This document shows positions 1 to 10,900 of a DNA stretch of 53,391 bases, in pieces. The translations under genes were made by a program, and so were the position numbers. The notes beneath the pieces are model-generated. The model made no database searches and was not told the origin of the DNA. It saw nothing but the letters and a program-made list of their open reading frames with translations. The stretch comes from a virus (lineage: Duplodnaviria > Caudoviricetes), in IMG/VR virus record IMGVR_UViG_3300025889_000161, positions 1 to 53,391 of that record; one strand, 5' to 3'. How positions within the stretch are numbered: position 1 is the stretch's first letter; the number at the start of each line of letters is the position of its first letter.

Positions 1-303
1 CCACCATAGATTATTTTCTATACTTCCTGTAAAGTCATCTCCAGTACTTCCAGTGCCAGAAGCATTAGTACTATTGTTACAATCAAAATTTTCTGCTGCC
101 TGTCCATTAACATAATTTATTGGACAAGATACTCCATAAGAGCAAGTCATTCCATTAGTGGCTAATGACATTGTTGCTTGTGTAATTGAAAAATTAGTAT
201 AGCAACTTCCAATTATTATTGGATTATCAGCACAATCATTAGATGGTTGACTTAAAGAGATAATAGGTATTAAATATAATAATGATATTAATATGTATTT
301 CAT
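1..303 (-). CDS. Secreted Bacteroidota-type protein with signal peptide (N-terminal 101 aa; truncated by window edge; absent from ORF track)
   Basis: Manual translation from ATG at 303: MKYILISLLYLIPIISLSQPSNDCADNPIIIGSCYTNF...DFTGSIENNLWW, open to base 1. Sec-type signal peptide followed by Q-P-S-N-D-C, as in Bacteroidota secreted proteins. Confidence 0.75.
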   Translation of the reverse strand, partial: MKYILISLLYLIPIISLSQPSNDCADNPIIIGSCYTNFSITQATMSLATNGMTCSYGVSCPINYVNGQAAENFDCNNSTNASGTGSTGDDFTGSIENNLWW

Positions 304-323
304 TTTTTTTAGACTTTTTTTTA

Positions 324-3300
324 TTATTTTGTCATCCATTTATATGTATCTTGTACATTTCTATCCAACTGACTTAGTACTGGAAATAAAGCTTTTGTTT
401 TTTTCTCTAATTTAAGCTCTCCTTTTCTTGGACCTCTTACATATCTCTCAGTTGGATCAAATACTAATTGAGAAATAAATTCCCCACTTCTTTGTACCAT
501 AGATATACTAGCGGCAGGTGTTTGTAATATCCTAAGTGCTTCTGATGGATTGGCATAAAACATAACCTCAGAATAATGCCTTCTAGTTATGTAAGCTAAA
601 GTATAATACATTTCTTTATCATCATCATCCGCATCTTCTGCTAATCCAGCCAATATAGTTGAAGCAGTTAAAGATATAGCTATCATACTTAAATCTATTA
701 TTGTTTTTCTTACATTAGCTCTTTCTAAGTCACTTAATTCATCCCATTTTCCACTAATCATAGAAAATTCAAGAGTTTTTAAATCACTAGAAACATTTTT
801 TAAAAATCTTAAAGTTGTAGTATAATAACCCTCCATATCTTTATCTAAGATATCACTAAAATATTTATCTTCTTCTCCTCTTTCATCTTTAAATGCAAAT
901 CTAGCCCCTCTCCATCTTCTTTGTACACCTACAACCATCCATTTTCTAAGCATGAAAATAAATTTACCAGTTGCATATCTTTGTACCATAGCTTGATTAT
1001 TATTATCATAGTTACCATGAAGTTGTTTAATAACTTCTTTAACTTTTCTGGATACTTCTAATTCAAATTCTTGATCTATTTCTATTCCTTCTATAGGTTG
1101 TAATGTACCATCTTTAACTTCATATGCCTCATGTAGAGATATTTCTTTACCGGTAGAAGTTTTAATTTTAATATTATTTAAAATAGCATACATTGCAGTA
1201 CTTTGAATATAATGCTCACCCATATGATTAATAAAATGTCCAGTGTTACTATTAGCTAATCTTTTAATAGTATTATCGTTTGAATATCTAGCTATTATTC
1301 CACTAAAATCTGCAAATGCATCAAATCTTTCTACTAATAAATTAGTTTTAGATGTTGGAACCATGGCTCCAATATCTTTAAGTATATTAGCTGTATCATT
1401 ACCATATAATAATTCAGCTTTACGTATATCTGTACGATTATAAAATTCTCCTGATGTGGATTCTAAAAAATTCTGATATTTACCTTGCATAATATTAACT
1501 GCTCCAGCTAATTTATTAAAGATAAGCATTGTATTACCTGTCCAGCCCATTACAGTATTAGAAATCTTACTTATACTAACACCTTTTATATCTCCCATAT
1601 CAATAGAGGATATACCATATAATCTATCTTGTATAATGGAGTGTAAGGATTTATATGCATTACTTTCAATACCATCTGTTGTTACATAAGACTTTTTTGA
1701 GCTACCTAATGCATTAGTTAAGAATTTACCACCTCTTCTAACTTTAATTGCTCTCCTTCCAGAATAGTTATCTAATACTTCAAGTGTGCCTCCTATTTTA
1801 CTTTTTTCTTCATATTTAGTAACTACATCATAATCCATTAGTGATATACCAACTAAATCAAATGATTGTTGGGACTCTTTCTTAATTTTACCTCTATAGT
1901 GAATAGGTATAGCTTGATTCTCCTTACCTTGTTCATCTACTAATACAGCTTTAAGATTAGGATTAATTTGAACTTCACTACCTTCTCCAAATTCAGTATC
2001 AGTAGTATCTTTTACTACTATATCCCTAACTCCTTCTTTTGCAACAGTAAAAAGACCTTGTTCATATAATCTTTCCATTGTATTTTTTTCAATTGATGGA
2101 AGCTTATAAGTTATTTCATTAATATCTGTTTCTGTACCTGGAGATATTGTTTTACCTGTATATAAAGCTAATCTATAAGAATCTGGAGTTATTGCATCTT
2201 TTTCTGCAGAAGTAGCTGTAAGATGGTCATACATTTTTCTAACAGGATTAGATGTGTCTAAATTCTTTAAAGCTACCCATTGAGGATTAAGATAATTTTC
2301 TTTATTTTTATAATGATTACTTAATTGTTCTTTTGTTGGTTTAGTATTTGTTTCATTATAGAGCTCCCAAAATTCATTTTGAGCAGTAGTCCAAGAAGAT
2401 AAATATTTACCAACTAAATGCCCAGTTTCTTTACCATCAATTTTTTCAATTATACCTTCATATAATTTCTTTTGATTAGATTCTCCCCCTCTATATTCTT
2501 TTAGTTCTGTATGAATTGCATGAGATTCATTTCTTTTAGTTATAAATTTTCTCATTGCATTATAATCCGCAGTATCTAATAACTTAACAGCAATTGCAAT
2601 TAGATTATCATCCTGATTTCTAGGATCAGTTATCCAAGCTTCAGAAGAAGTAATATCTCTAGGAGCATTTCTTAAAATATCCTTTAATTTAACTTTTTCT
2701 TCTTCAGCTATAATCTCTTTATTTTCTAATAACTTCTCTTCAATATATTTATTTTTTGCATTTTGAATATTTAAACCATTTGATTTATAATATTGAGTTG
2801 TTAATGCTCTATTACCTTTACTATTATAAAATTCTTTTTCATATCTTCTAGTGTATTCTCGCTTCATTATTTTAGAATGCGGTAATAATGTTTCAAAAAT
2901 ATATCTATCTTCTACAGCTTCATATTTATTATTAATACTATTTAACTTAGAAGATGCTATTTCTATTTTATTTAATTTATGTTTTAATATATTAGCTAAT
3001 CTCTCATTACCCTCATTTTTAGCTTTAGCAATAGCTTTAGCCATTAATGTTTCTACATCATTAATTAAATCAAATGCTCCAGTAAGTACTCTAATATTGT
3101 TAAGTCTATCTCCATCTATTGGATCTGGAGATTCTAACATTTTAGTTAAGTTGCTAAGTATGACTTCAGATTGATGAGATACTTCATCTGAATATCTAAT
3201 TAATCCTTTTGAATCTTTATGTATTTCTAAAACATTTAATAATTTACCTATTTCTTCTTTAAATGCAGCACCTTTTTTAGACTTTTTATATTTAGCTTTT

Positions 3301-4973
3301 AATATTATAATTCTATCTGTAATTTTTGTAATTAATACATCCATTTCTGCATCCTCATCTGAACTAGCCTCAGAGGTAGACATTGTTTTAGAATTTTGGA
3401 ATACATCAGTAGTAGTTCCAGTCAATTTAGATTTATCTACTTTTTGATTAAGCATTTGTTGAGATAATTCTAATGCTACATTACCATCAATTCCAAATAA
3501 TCCCCCAAAAGCTAGTCTTAATTTATTTAAGAATATTTTTAACCAAGCTTTAAATGGAGATTCCTTTTGTAACTCATATAATTTAGCTCCTTCAATACCT
3601 ATAGCAGTAGTAAGGATTTCTTTATCTAATATATCTCCAGATAACTCTGGATTATTTTTAATAACTTCAGATTCTATTTTAGAGCCATTTAGAAGCTTTC
3701 TACCACGTTTAATAAAGTTATTGGACATTCCCCCTAATAAATCTACAAAGAGATGTCCAAACTCATGTATTACAGTATCTTTTCTTACATAGGTAGGATT
3801 AAGTTCAATTTCTTTACCTTTTACTCTACCATATACATTTGAAGGTAAATCAGCATTCATAGTTACATTAGCATCAAATGTTTGCTGCATTATACTTATT
3901 TTTCTATTTACATCTTCAATAGTATCTAAACCTAAATCAATTGCAGTTTCTCTTTGTTCAGATAAGTTTACCTCGTCTCCAAAACCTAATGCTAATTGAC
4001 CACCTTCAGTTTTACCATCTTCAACATCTTTATCAAATTGAGCATTAGATTCTTTTAATTTAGTCCATTCTATATCTAAATATTCAGGATTAGCTTCTAT
4101 ATTATAGTTAGGTATAATAACTTCTTGACCAAAACTATTTTTTTCTGTTGTAGAAGTTAGTTTAGTAATTATAAAAGGTTGTGCACCATTTGAAGTCCTT
4201 TCATTGAGTTTAGTAATCCATCTATGGTGATCTGTAACAGCACGTAATCTCTGTTCTGGAGTTTGTGTACCACTATAGTTAGTATTCTTAAAGGTGTGGC
4301 TAATAGTTCTTTTTCCATTTATTTTCTTATCTTTAGTGACCCAGCCTTTATCTATAACTAGATCTTTTATCATTCTTAATTGTATTCCTCTTTTATAATT
4401 TTTTTCATTAACAGCAAATTCTTTAGCTTTATGATAATAAATATTATCGTCTTCTTTAGAAAAATCACCATCATTAAATAAAGATTTTACTTTATTTGAA
4501 TCATATACTACATATTCAGTAATAGGTCTTGTTTCATCTCTATTATTTACTGCATAATATTCTTTATCTTTAGATGTATCTAATGTTTCTCTATTATCAT
4601 CTAAATCAACTAATTTTTTTTCTTCTAATGAATTAGCATTTAAAAATAGTGGATATACAGTATCTCCATATATATCTTCTGCAGCACTATAATCGTCTGT
4701 TACAAATATTCCACTATCTGATCTAAAAGTATCAAACTCTTTTATTGAACCATGAAATAATAATAGTGGTTCTCCATTATTATCTTTAACTCCATCTCCA
4801 AACCATTCTTTAAATGTAGGAGTGTAGGTTTTAGCCCATAGTTTTAAAGCTTCTTCTTTATCTGAAATTTCTGGTAAAGCTATTATACTTTCATATAGAT
4901 TAGATTTTTCACCGTTAGGAGCTTCTACTCTATCAATTTCATTACTATCGTTTCTAAATACTTGACAACTCAT
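324..4973 (-). CDS. Large virion cargo/polyvalent protein (N-terminal ADP-ribosyltransferase-like domain, zincin HExxH metallopeptidase domain)
   Basis: 1549 aa adjacent to the virion RNAP. FKEWFG..D.NGEP...FHGS..F..F....GIF.T motif near the N-terminus; HEFGH at 3753-3767; long helical C-terminal region. Confidence 0.75.
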   Translation of the reverse strand: MSCQVFRNDSNEIDRVEAPNGEKSNLYESIIALPEISDKEEALKLWAKTYTPTFKEWFGDGVKDNNGEPLLLFHGSIKEFDTFRSDSGIFVTDDYSAAEDIYGDTVYPLFLNANSLEEKKLVDLDDNRETLDTSKDKEYYAVNNRDETRPITEYVVYDSNKVKSLFNDGDFSKEDDNIYYHKAKEFAVNEKNYKRGIQLRMIKDLVIDKGWVTKDKKINGKRTISHTFKNTNYSGTQTPEQRLRAVTDHHRWITKLNERTSNGAQPFIITKLTSTTEKNSFGQEVIIPNYNIEANPEYLDIEWTKLKESNAQFDKDVEDGKTEGGQLALGFGDEVNLSEQRETAIDLGLDTIEDVNRKISIMQQTFDANVTMNADLPSNVYGRVKGKEIELNPTYVRKDTVIHEFGHLFVDLLGGMSNNFIKRGRKLLNGSKIESEVIKNNPELSGDILDKEILTTAIGIEGAKLYELQKESPFKAWLKIFLNKLRLAFGGLFGIDGNVALELSQQMLNQKVDKSKLTGTTTDVFQNSKTMSTSEASSDEDAEMDVLITKITDRIIILKAKYKKSKKGAAFKEEIGKLLNVLEIHKDSKGLIRYSDEVSHQSEVILSNLTKMLESPDPIDGDRLNNIRVLTGAFDLINDVETLMAKAIAKAKNEGNERLANILKHKLNKIEIASSKLNSINNKYEAVEDRYIFETLLPHSKIMKREYTRRYEKEFYNSKGNRALTTQYYKSNGLNIQNAKNKYIEEKLLENKEIIAEEEKVKLKDILRNAPRDITSSEAWITDPRNQDDNLIAIAVKLLDTADYNAMRKFITKRNESHAIHTELKEYRGGESNQKKLYEGIIEKIDGKETGHLVGKYLSSWTTAQNEFWELYNETNTKPTKEQLSNHYKNKENYLNPQWVALKNLDTSNPVRKMYDHLTATSAEKDAITPDSYRLALYTGKTISPGTETDINEITYKLPSIEKNTMERLYEQGLFTVAKEGVRDIVVKDTTDTEFGEGSEVQINPNLKAVLVDEQGKENQAIPIHYRGKIKKESQQSFDLVGISLMDYDVVTKYEEKSKIGGTLEVLDNYSGRRAIKVRRGGKFLTNALGSSKKSYVTTDGIESNAYKSLHSIIQDRLYGISSIDMGDIKGVSISKISNTVMGWTGNTMLIFNKLAGAVNIMQGKYQNFLESTSGEFYNRTDIRKAELLYGNDTANILKDIGAMVPTSKTNLLVERFDAFADFSGIIARYSNDNTIKRLANSNTGHFINHMGEHYIQSTAMYAILNNIKIKTSTGKEISLHEAYEVKDGTLQPIEGIEIDQEFELEVSRKVKEVIKQLHGNYDNNNQAMVQRYATGKFIFMLRKWMVVGVQRRWRGARFAFKDERGEEDKYFSDILDKDMEGYYTTTLRFLKNVSSDLKTLEFSMISGKWDELSDLERANVRKTIIDLSMIAISLTASTILAGLAEDADDDDKEMYYTLAYITRRHYSEVMFYANPSEALRILQTPAASISMVQRSGEFISQLVFDPTERYVRGPRKGELKLEKKTKALFPVLSQLDRNVQDTYKWMTK

Positions 4974-4974
4974 A

Positions 4975-7900
4975 TTATTTCTTATCTTTATTTTTACAAC
5001 CGTTATCTAATTCACTTAATATATCATCTACCTCATTAGAAATGGTTTTTTTATCTTCTTCAAAAGTACCACTTTTTTCTGTAGTTTCAAAATTAACTGG
5101 AACAATAGATCTATTTTTAATATATAATGCTCCAGGAGGGTCTATATTTATATCCTTAAACTTTTTAGATATTTCTACTCCCATTTTATAGTTATTAGAT
5201 TTAATGATAGACTCTTTATTATCATTTAATGTAAATTCAAATATATCAAATCTTCCAGACTTACTTCCTAACATAGGTATTCTAGCATATACTCCAGCCT
5301 TACCTTCACCTTGTTCAGTATTACCTTCATATTTATATAATGCTTCTACTTTTACCATTGGAAATTGTTTACCTCTAGGATTTTCATAATATAAAGTTCT
5401 AGTTACATATGGTTTAAATATTGGATTTTTATCTTTATCATTTCCTACTTTTAAAGATGGACTAGATATTTCATTTACAGAGAATACATTTTTTTTAGAC
5501 TCTTTTGATTCAAATTCCCCTACTTTTAACACACCTTTATTAGATACTTTTGGTACTACATTATTAAATTTCCAAGCATTTTTCATTACTTGGGGAGTTA
5601 ATTCTTGTAATATATTTTCAGCATTAGACACATCATTTAATTCAGTTCTTAATGTATTAAATGCTTTTTCCCCTAATCCTATTTCATTTATAATTTGATA
5701 TGGTACATATCTCTGTAAAGATGAAATATTATCAGATAATGCTGAAGTATAGAATGAATATACAGCTAAATCCGTAGCTAATTTTTTATCAGTTTCTTTA
5801 TCACTAAGATATAAGGATAACCAATCTTCAGTAATCTTGTTTGTTGTTGTTGCATCTTTACCTTTAGTATTATCTATAAATACATATTCTGGATTATTAT
5901 AAATACTAAATTTAGTATCCAACATATCTATTAGAACATTACTATTATATACTGGATTGTTTTTTAATGCTCTGACTTGTTTAGCTATTGAAGTTGGTCC
6001 TTTAAATAAATCCTCAATAGTACCTTCTTCTCTATCAAAAGCTCCAATTGTAGATAACTTAGCTGCATAAGTTAATTCAAATATTTTATCATATTTTTTA
6101 CTATCACTAGGTTGTTCTCCATATATTTTATAATATATAGTATTAACAACATGTTGCATAACTGGAGTTCCCATTAATGAGTGAGGACCAAATTTATTTA
6201 TGAAATCTGAAATACTATTATTATAATATGCTCCAAGCATAGTATTATCAAATCTTTCTTCCCAATTACCTACTATAGTTCCATTTTCATCTGCTACATC
6301 TCCAACATTCGTTATTAAATTAGATATAATATATGCATATGAAAGTGATCCACTATTACCGTTAGTATCTGCCTTAGATGCTTGATTAATGTCTCCAAGT
6401 ATTTTTGACATATTTTGAGCATGAATAAATAGGTTTAATAATTTAGCTTGTTCTAATTTTTGTTCTGCTGATAAATCAGATAGTTTAATATCTCTATTTT
6501 TAACTATATTATCCATTAAACCTTTTGTTTTAAAACTAGATAAATTAGCTGATTCTAATGAACCTAAACTTGTTGATTTATATATCCCTAATTCTTTATA
6601 AAGTGCAGGTAATGGTTTCTCTGTATTCTTTTCTACTGCTTGACCCTCATTTAAAGCTGTACGTCTAATATATTCTTTAATAGCTGGTTGTCCAATAAAT
6701 GCATTTACATATTGAGGACTAACACCATTTCTAATTAAAAGAAAGGCTGTATTATTAGTTAAGAAGTTAAAGTTAGCTCTACCAATATAATTATCTTTAG
6801 CTGCATCCACAAATGCATTCATATATGCAGAAATAACTTCAGATATATAATATTTATTAGTTACTGTATCTTCTATACTATAACTAGTAATATTCCCATC
6901 TTTATCTTTGTTTATTTTAAGTACTTCAAACTCTTTAACAGTATGATTAGATAAATCTAAATCTCCATTTTCTGTCATATTTCCAAGATCTAATCTTTTT
7001 GAAGAATCTCTTAGAAATAATTTATGTCCTTGAGATATAGCATTATCTCCTTGATGATTAGCTACTTGTCCTACACCACCTTTTGATGTTATAAATTCTC
7101 TACGAATATTCATTTGGAATGTTCCATCATAAATCTCTAAATCAGATAGTTCTTGTCTAGGAAATAATACATCTATTTGATTCTTTAATACTTCTGAATC
7201 TACAGAAGTAATTAATCTTTTATATGAATGTGGTGATTCTAATACTGCTCTATATAAATCTACTCTTCTAGTTTGTAATGCTTTTTCAGTATTTTGATTC
7301 TTTACAGAGCTCTTAGAAAATTCCTCAATAGACGGGATAACTTCTTCTTCTACCAGAATTTCATTAACTATCTCATCAGTATCAGTACTGCCTATAATTT
7401 CTATTATTTTATCTTTTAAATTTTTACTAGAATCTATAAGTGTGGATAATGCATTTTTATCAAATTTATCTAACTTAGCTTCTTTAATTAAATCTTTTAC
7501 ATTATTTCTATTTTCTCTTCTAGTTTTTATATCTTTTATATACTCTTCATATCTATCTTCTATAGTAGAATTAGAATCATCTAAATATTTAACAGTATCT
7601 ATATAATTATATGTAGAACCATCTTCATCAGTTTTCTTAGTTTTAGTTATTTGAGGTAAGATATAATACATCTTATCAATATCAAAATCTGAACCTGTTT
7701 TTGCGGTAATTTCAGAATATAATACAATACTATCTCCGGCATGAGGAGGTAATATACCAACTATTTCTAAACTATCATTAGAAGCTAATTTCTGGTTAGG
7801 AATACGATACCCAATCATTTTTAATGCTGCTGGATCAATTCTTTTAATAATTTCATTAGTAGGTAGTTTTTTAATACTATCCCACTCTCTTCCAAATAAA

Positions 7901-10900
7901 GATGCTAGTTTACTATATGGTAATAAACATTGTCCTGCAGAAAATGTATCATCTGCTTCTACTCTAGGTGGTTTAAGTTTTCTATCATTAGTTAGCCATA
8001 CTATACCATTTTTAGCACTATTCTTTATAGATTCATATGCAACTATATTTTCTCCAGTCTCAAATCCATAATCAGACATTTGTATAGCTGCTCCACCTGG
8101 TTGTTTTATTTTAACAGTTGCACTATTCCATATAGAAGCTATCTTACTCCATATCTTTTTTCTATGAGAAATCATATTATCAATAGGTACACGTTGTTTT
8201 AAAGCTCCTATTATATTGTCTGATTCTCCAGATTTTTCAAATTCTTTTATTAGTTCATCATATACAATATTAATATCTAATTTTCCATCTTTTACATTAA
8301 ATCTTCTATGTAGTTTTTCTAATCCTCTATTAGATAATTCACTATCCATTTCATGGATAGCCTCAATTAATTGCTTACCAGTCATTTTACCATACATGGC
8401 TATTTCATCAATATCAGCAATTATATTTTTTTTAATTTGAGAACCTACTAAAGAATCTTTTTCTAAATTAGTTTTAGATGGTAAATCTTGTTGTAATTTC
8501 CAATTTTTATTAGATAATGTAATTGTATTAAATTTAATTAAATCTGTTAATTGAGTACCTAAATCAGTAGCCTCAATAGCTCCAACTTTAACACCATCTC
8601 CAACTATAAGTTCTGATACACCCTGAGCTTTCATTTGCTCACTAATTCTAGTTAATTGAGGGGAACTAGATACAAGTTCTGGAAATAATACTGCTTGTGA
8701 ATATTTTAGATAAACAGGAGCTTTATTACCATACCCATCATCTACAATTTCAAAATGCATACCTTTCTTAGGTTGCATAGATGTCATTGTTTGAGAAAAT
8801 GCTTTATAATCTTTATATGAAGATTTCTTTTTAGGATCAACAATATTATTAAATGCTTCTTCAAGTTCATCAGTCCATTGACCCATACCTATTTGAATCT
8901 CCTTGAATCTATCCATTGTAATCCAAGCTTGAGCATCTGTTCTATTTACATTCCTATATGGTTTAATAATAGCTTTCAATTCATCTAATTCTCTTTTAGA
9001 TGTAGCTCCTATAAACTTAGCAATTTTTTTTAGACTTTTTTTATCAACTAAAGTTGATTCAAAATTAACATTGGGTGCTACAGCTATATCAAATGTTTCA
9101 TTAACCTTACCTTTAACTATTCTTAAATAATCTCCAGTTGCAGACGTTGCAGGTATTCTTTTTAAGAAATCATCTTGATTTTTATACATTCTAGAATCAC
9201 CAGTAAACATCTTAGCAAATTCTATATTTGCAGCCATTGTATTTAAAGTAAAGTTAGTAGCTATTCTTCTAACTCCCTCTCTAATACTAGGTGCAGATTT
9301 AATATATTTCTCATATGTTTCTGTTGAAAATGAAGTATGTGATACCCCTTTACTATTTACAGTAATAAGTTGATCCATCATCTTATTAGTAGTTGCTTCT
9401 ATTTTATCATTAAGTGTATCAAATACAACTTTTTGTACAGTTTCTCCAAATCCTAAATCTGGAGTTATATTTCCATCTGCATCTTCAACTATATATTCTC
9501 CAGAAATAGTAAAAGGTTTATTATTTTCACTAGAGTTATATAAACCTAATTCATTGGCTAGTTCAGTTCCAGGATTTAAACTTGGAAATGTAGATAGGGT
9601 AAATGCATTACCAGGTACTCTATTACCTTCTTTATCTATCTTATAATGATAATTTAATGTTTGCTTGTCTTCAGGAATTTTATTTTCACCATAAACCTCT
9701 TCCCATGCCTTACGCATAGTATTCATTTCATCAGCTAAGTATCCTACAAATTGTAATACATTATCTCCATTTATTACCATATTAGTAATAGTAGGTAATC
9801 CATCTAAATAGTATACTCTATTTTTATCAGCTAAAGTAAAATATGGAAGTTTACCAGAAAGAACTTTTTCTATTCTAGATGCAAATTCATCTACTTCAGA
9901 TAAATCATTCATAGCTAATCCAGAATCCTCTCCTTGCATTTGCCTACTTAGAAAGAATTGAAGTTTTAATTTTTCTTTATTATCAGCATTTTTTAAATGT
10001 TTTATAAATCTAGAGTTTTTTGTAAAATCACTTTCAATAGATGAAAGATATTCATTACCTTCTTTAATATTTAAAATGGTCTTACTCATAAAATCATGTT
10101 GAGCAAGACTTTGATACATCTTATTATCTGGACCTAATACAGAATTACTAATTAATGTATTTTGAAACCTAGCCTCTAAATCAGATAATTGCTCTAATTT
10201 TGTTTCATTTAAAAATGGTGACTTAATAACTTTATCTTCACTATCTAATTTAGGTGGATTAGATATTAAATATTCTATTGAGTTATCAGAATTTTTAAAT
10301 AAATAACCCATTACATTATTAGAATAAAGACTATTAAGAGCTTCTAATGAAGTTTCTCCTGGTCTTGTATCTAAATACACCTTTAGTGACTCAGTATTCA
10401 TATTAATACCTACTACACTCATTAGAGTCAATGTATCATCTATTAGTTTTGGAGTAATCTCTTTAGCTTTACTTACTTCTAAACTTAATTTATCATATTG
10501 AGCAAGGATTTTTTCAGCAGTAACTTTTTTTAGTAATGGTTTACCTTCATTATCAAAAGATAATAATCTATCTATATAATTAGAATCCCATTTACTTAAT
10601 AATTTAGTAGAATTAGTATACTTATTTGGATCTATATTCCTAACTTCATACCCTATAGTATCTTTATCTGTAGATTTTATATATTCCTTTAACCATTCTA
10701 TTTTAAAATTATCTAATGATCTTACAAATTGAGTACGTTGATTCTCAGAAGATTTTTCTAATAGATTTACTAATTCATTATATTCTTCTCTATATTTTAC
10801 TTGATCTAATAATATATTTTTAAATACTACATATTTATCAGACTCTCCTATAGTATCAGCAGTACTACTTAATATTTCGGATAGATCATTCCAGGTACTA

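Noticed and set aside
304-323. Poly-A runs before the leftmost gene as phase-variation sites
   Set aside because: They are intergenic and typical of A-rich Bacteroidota translation leaders; no reading frame is affected.
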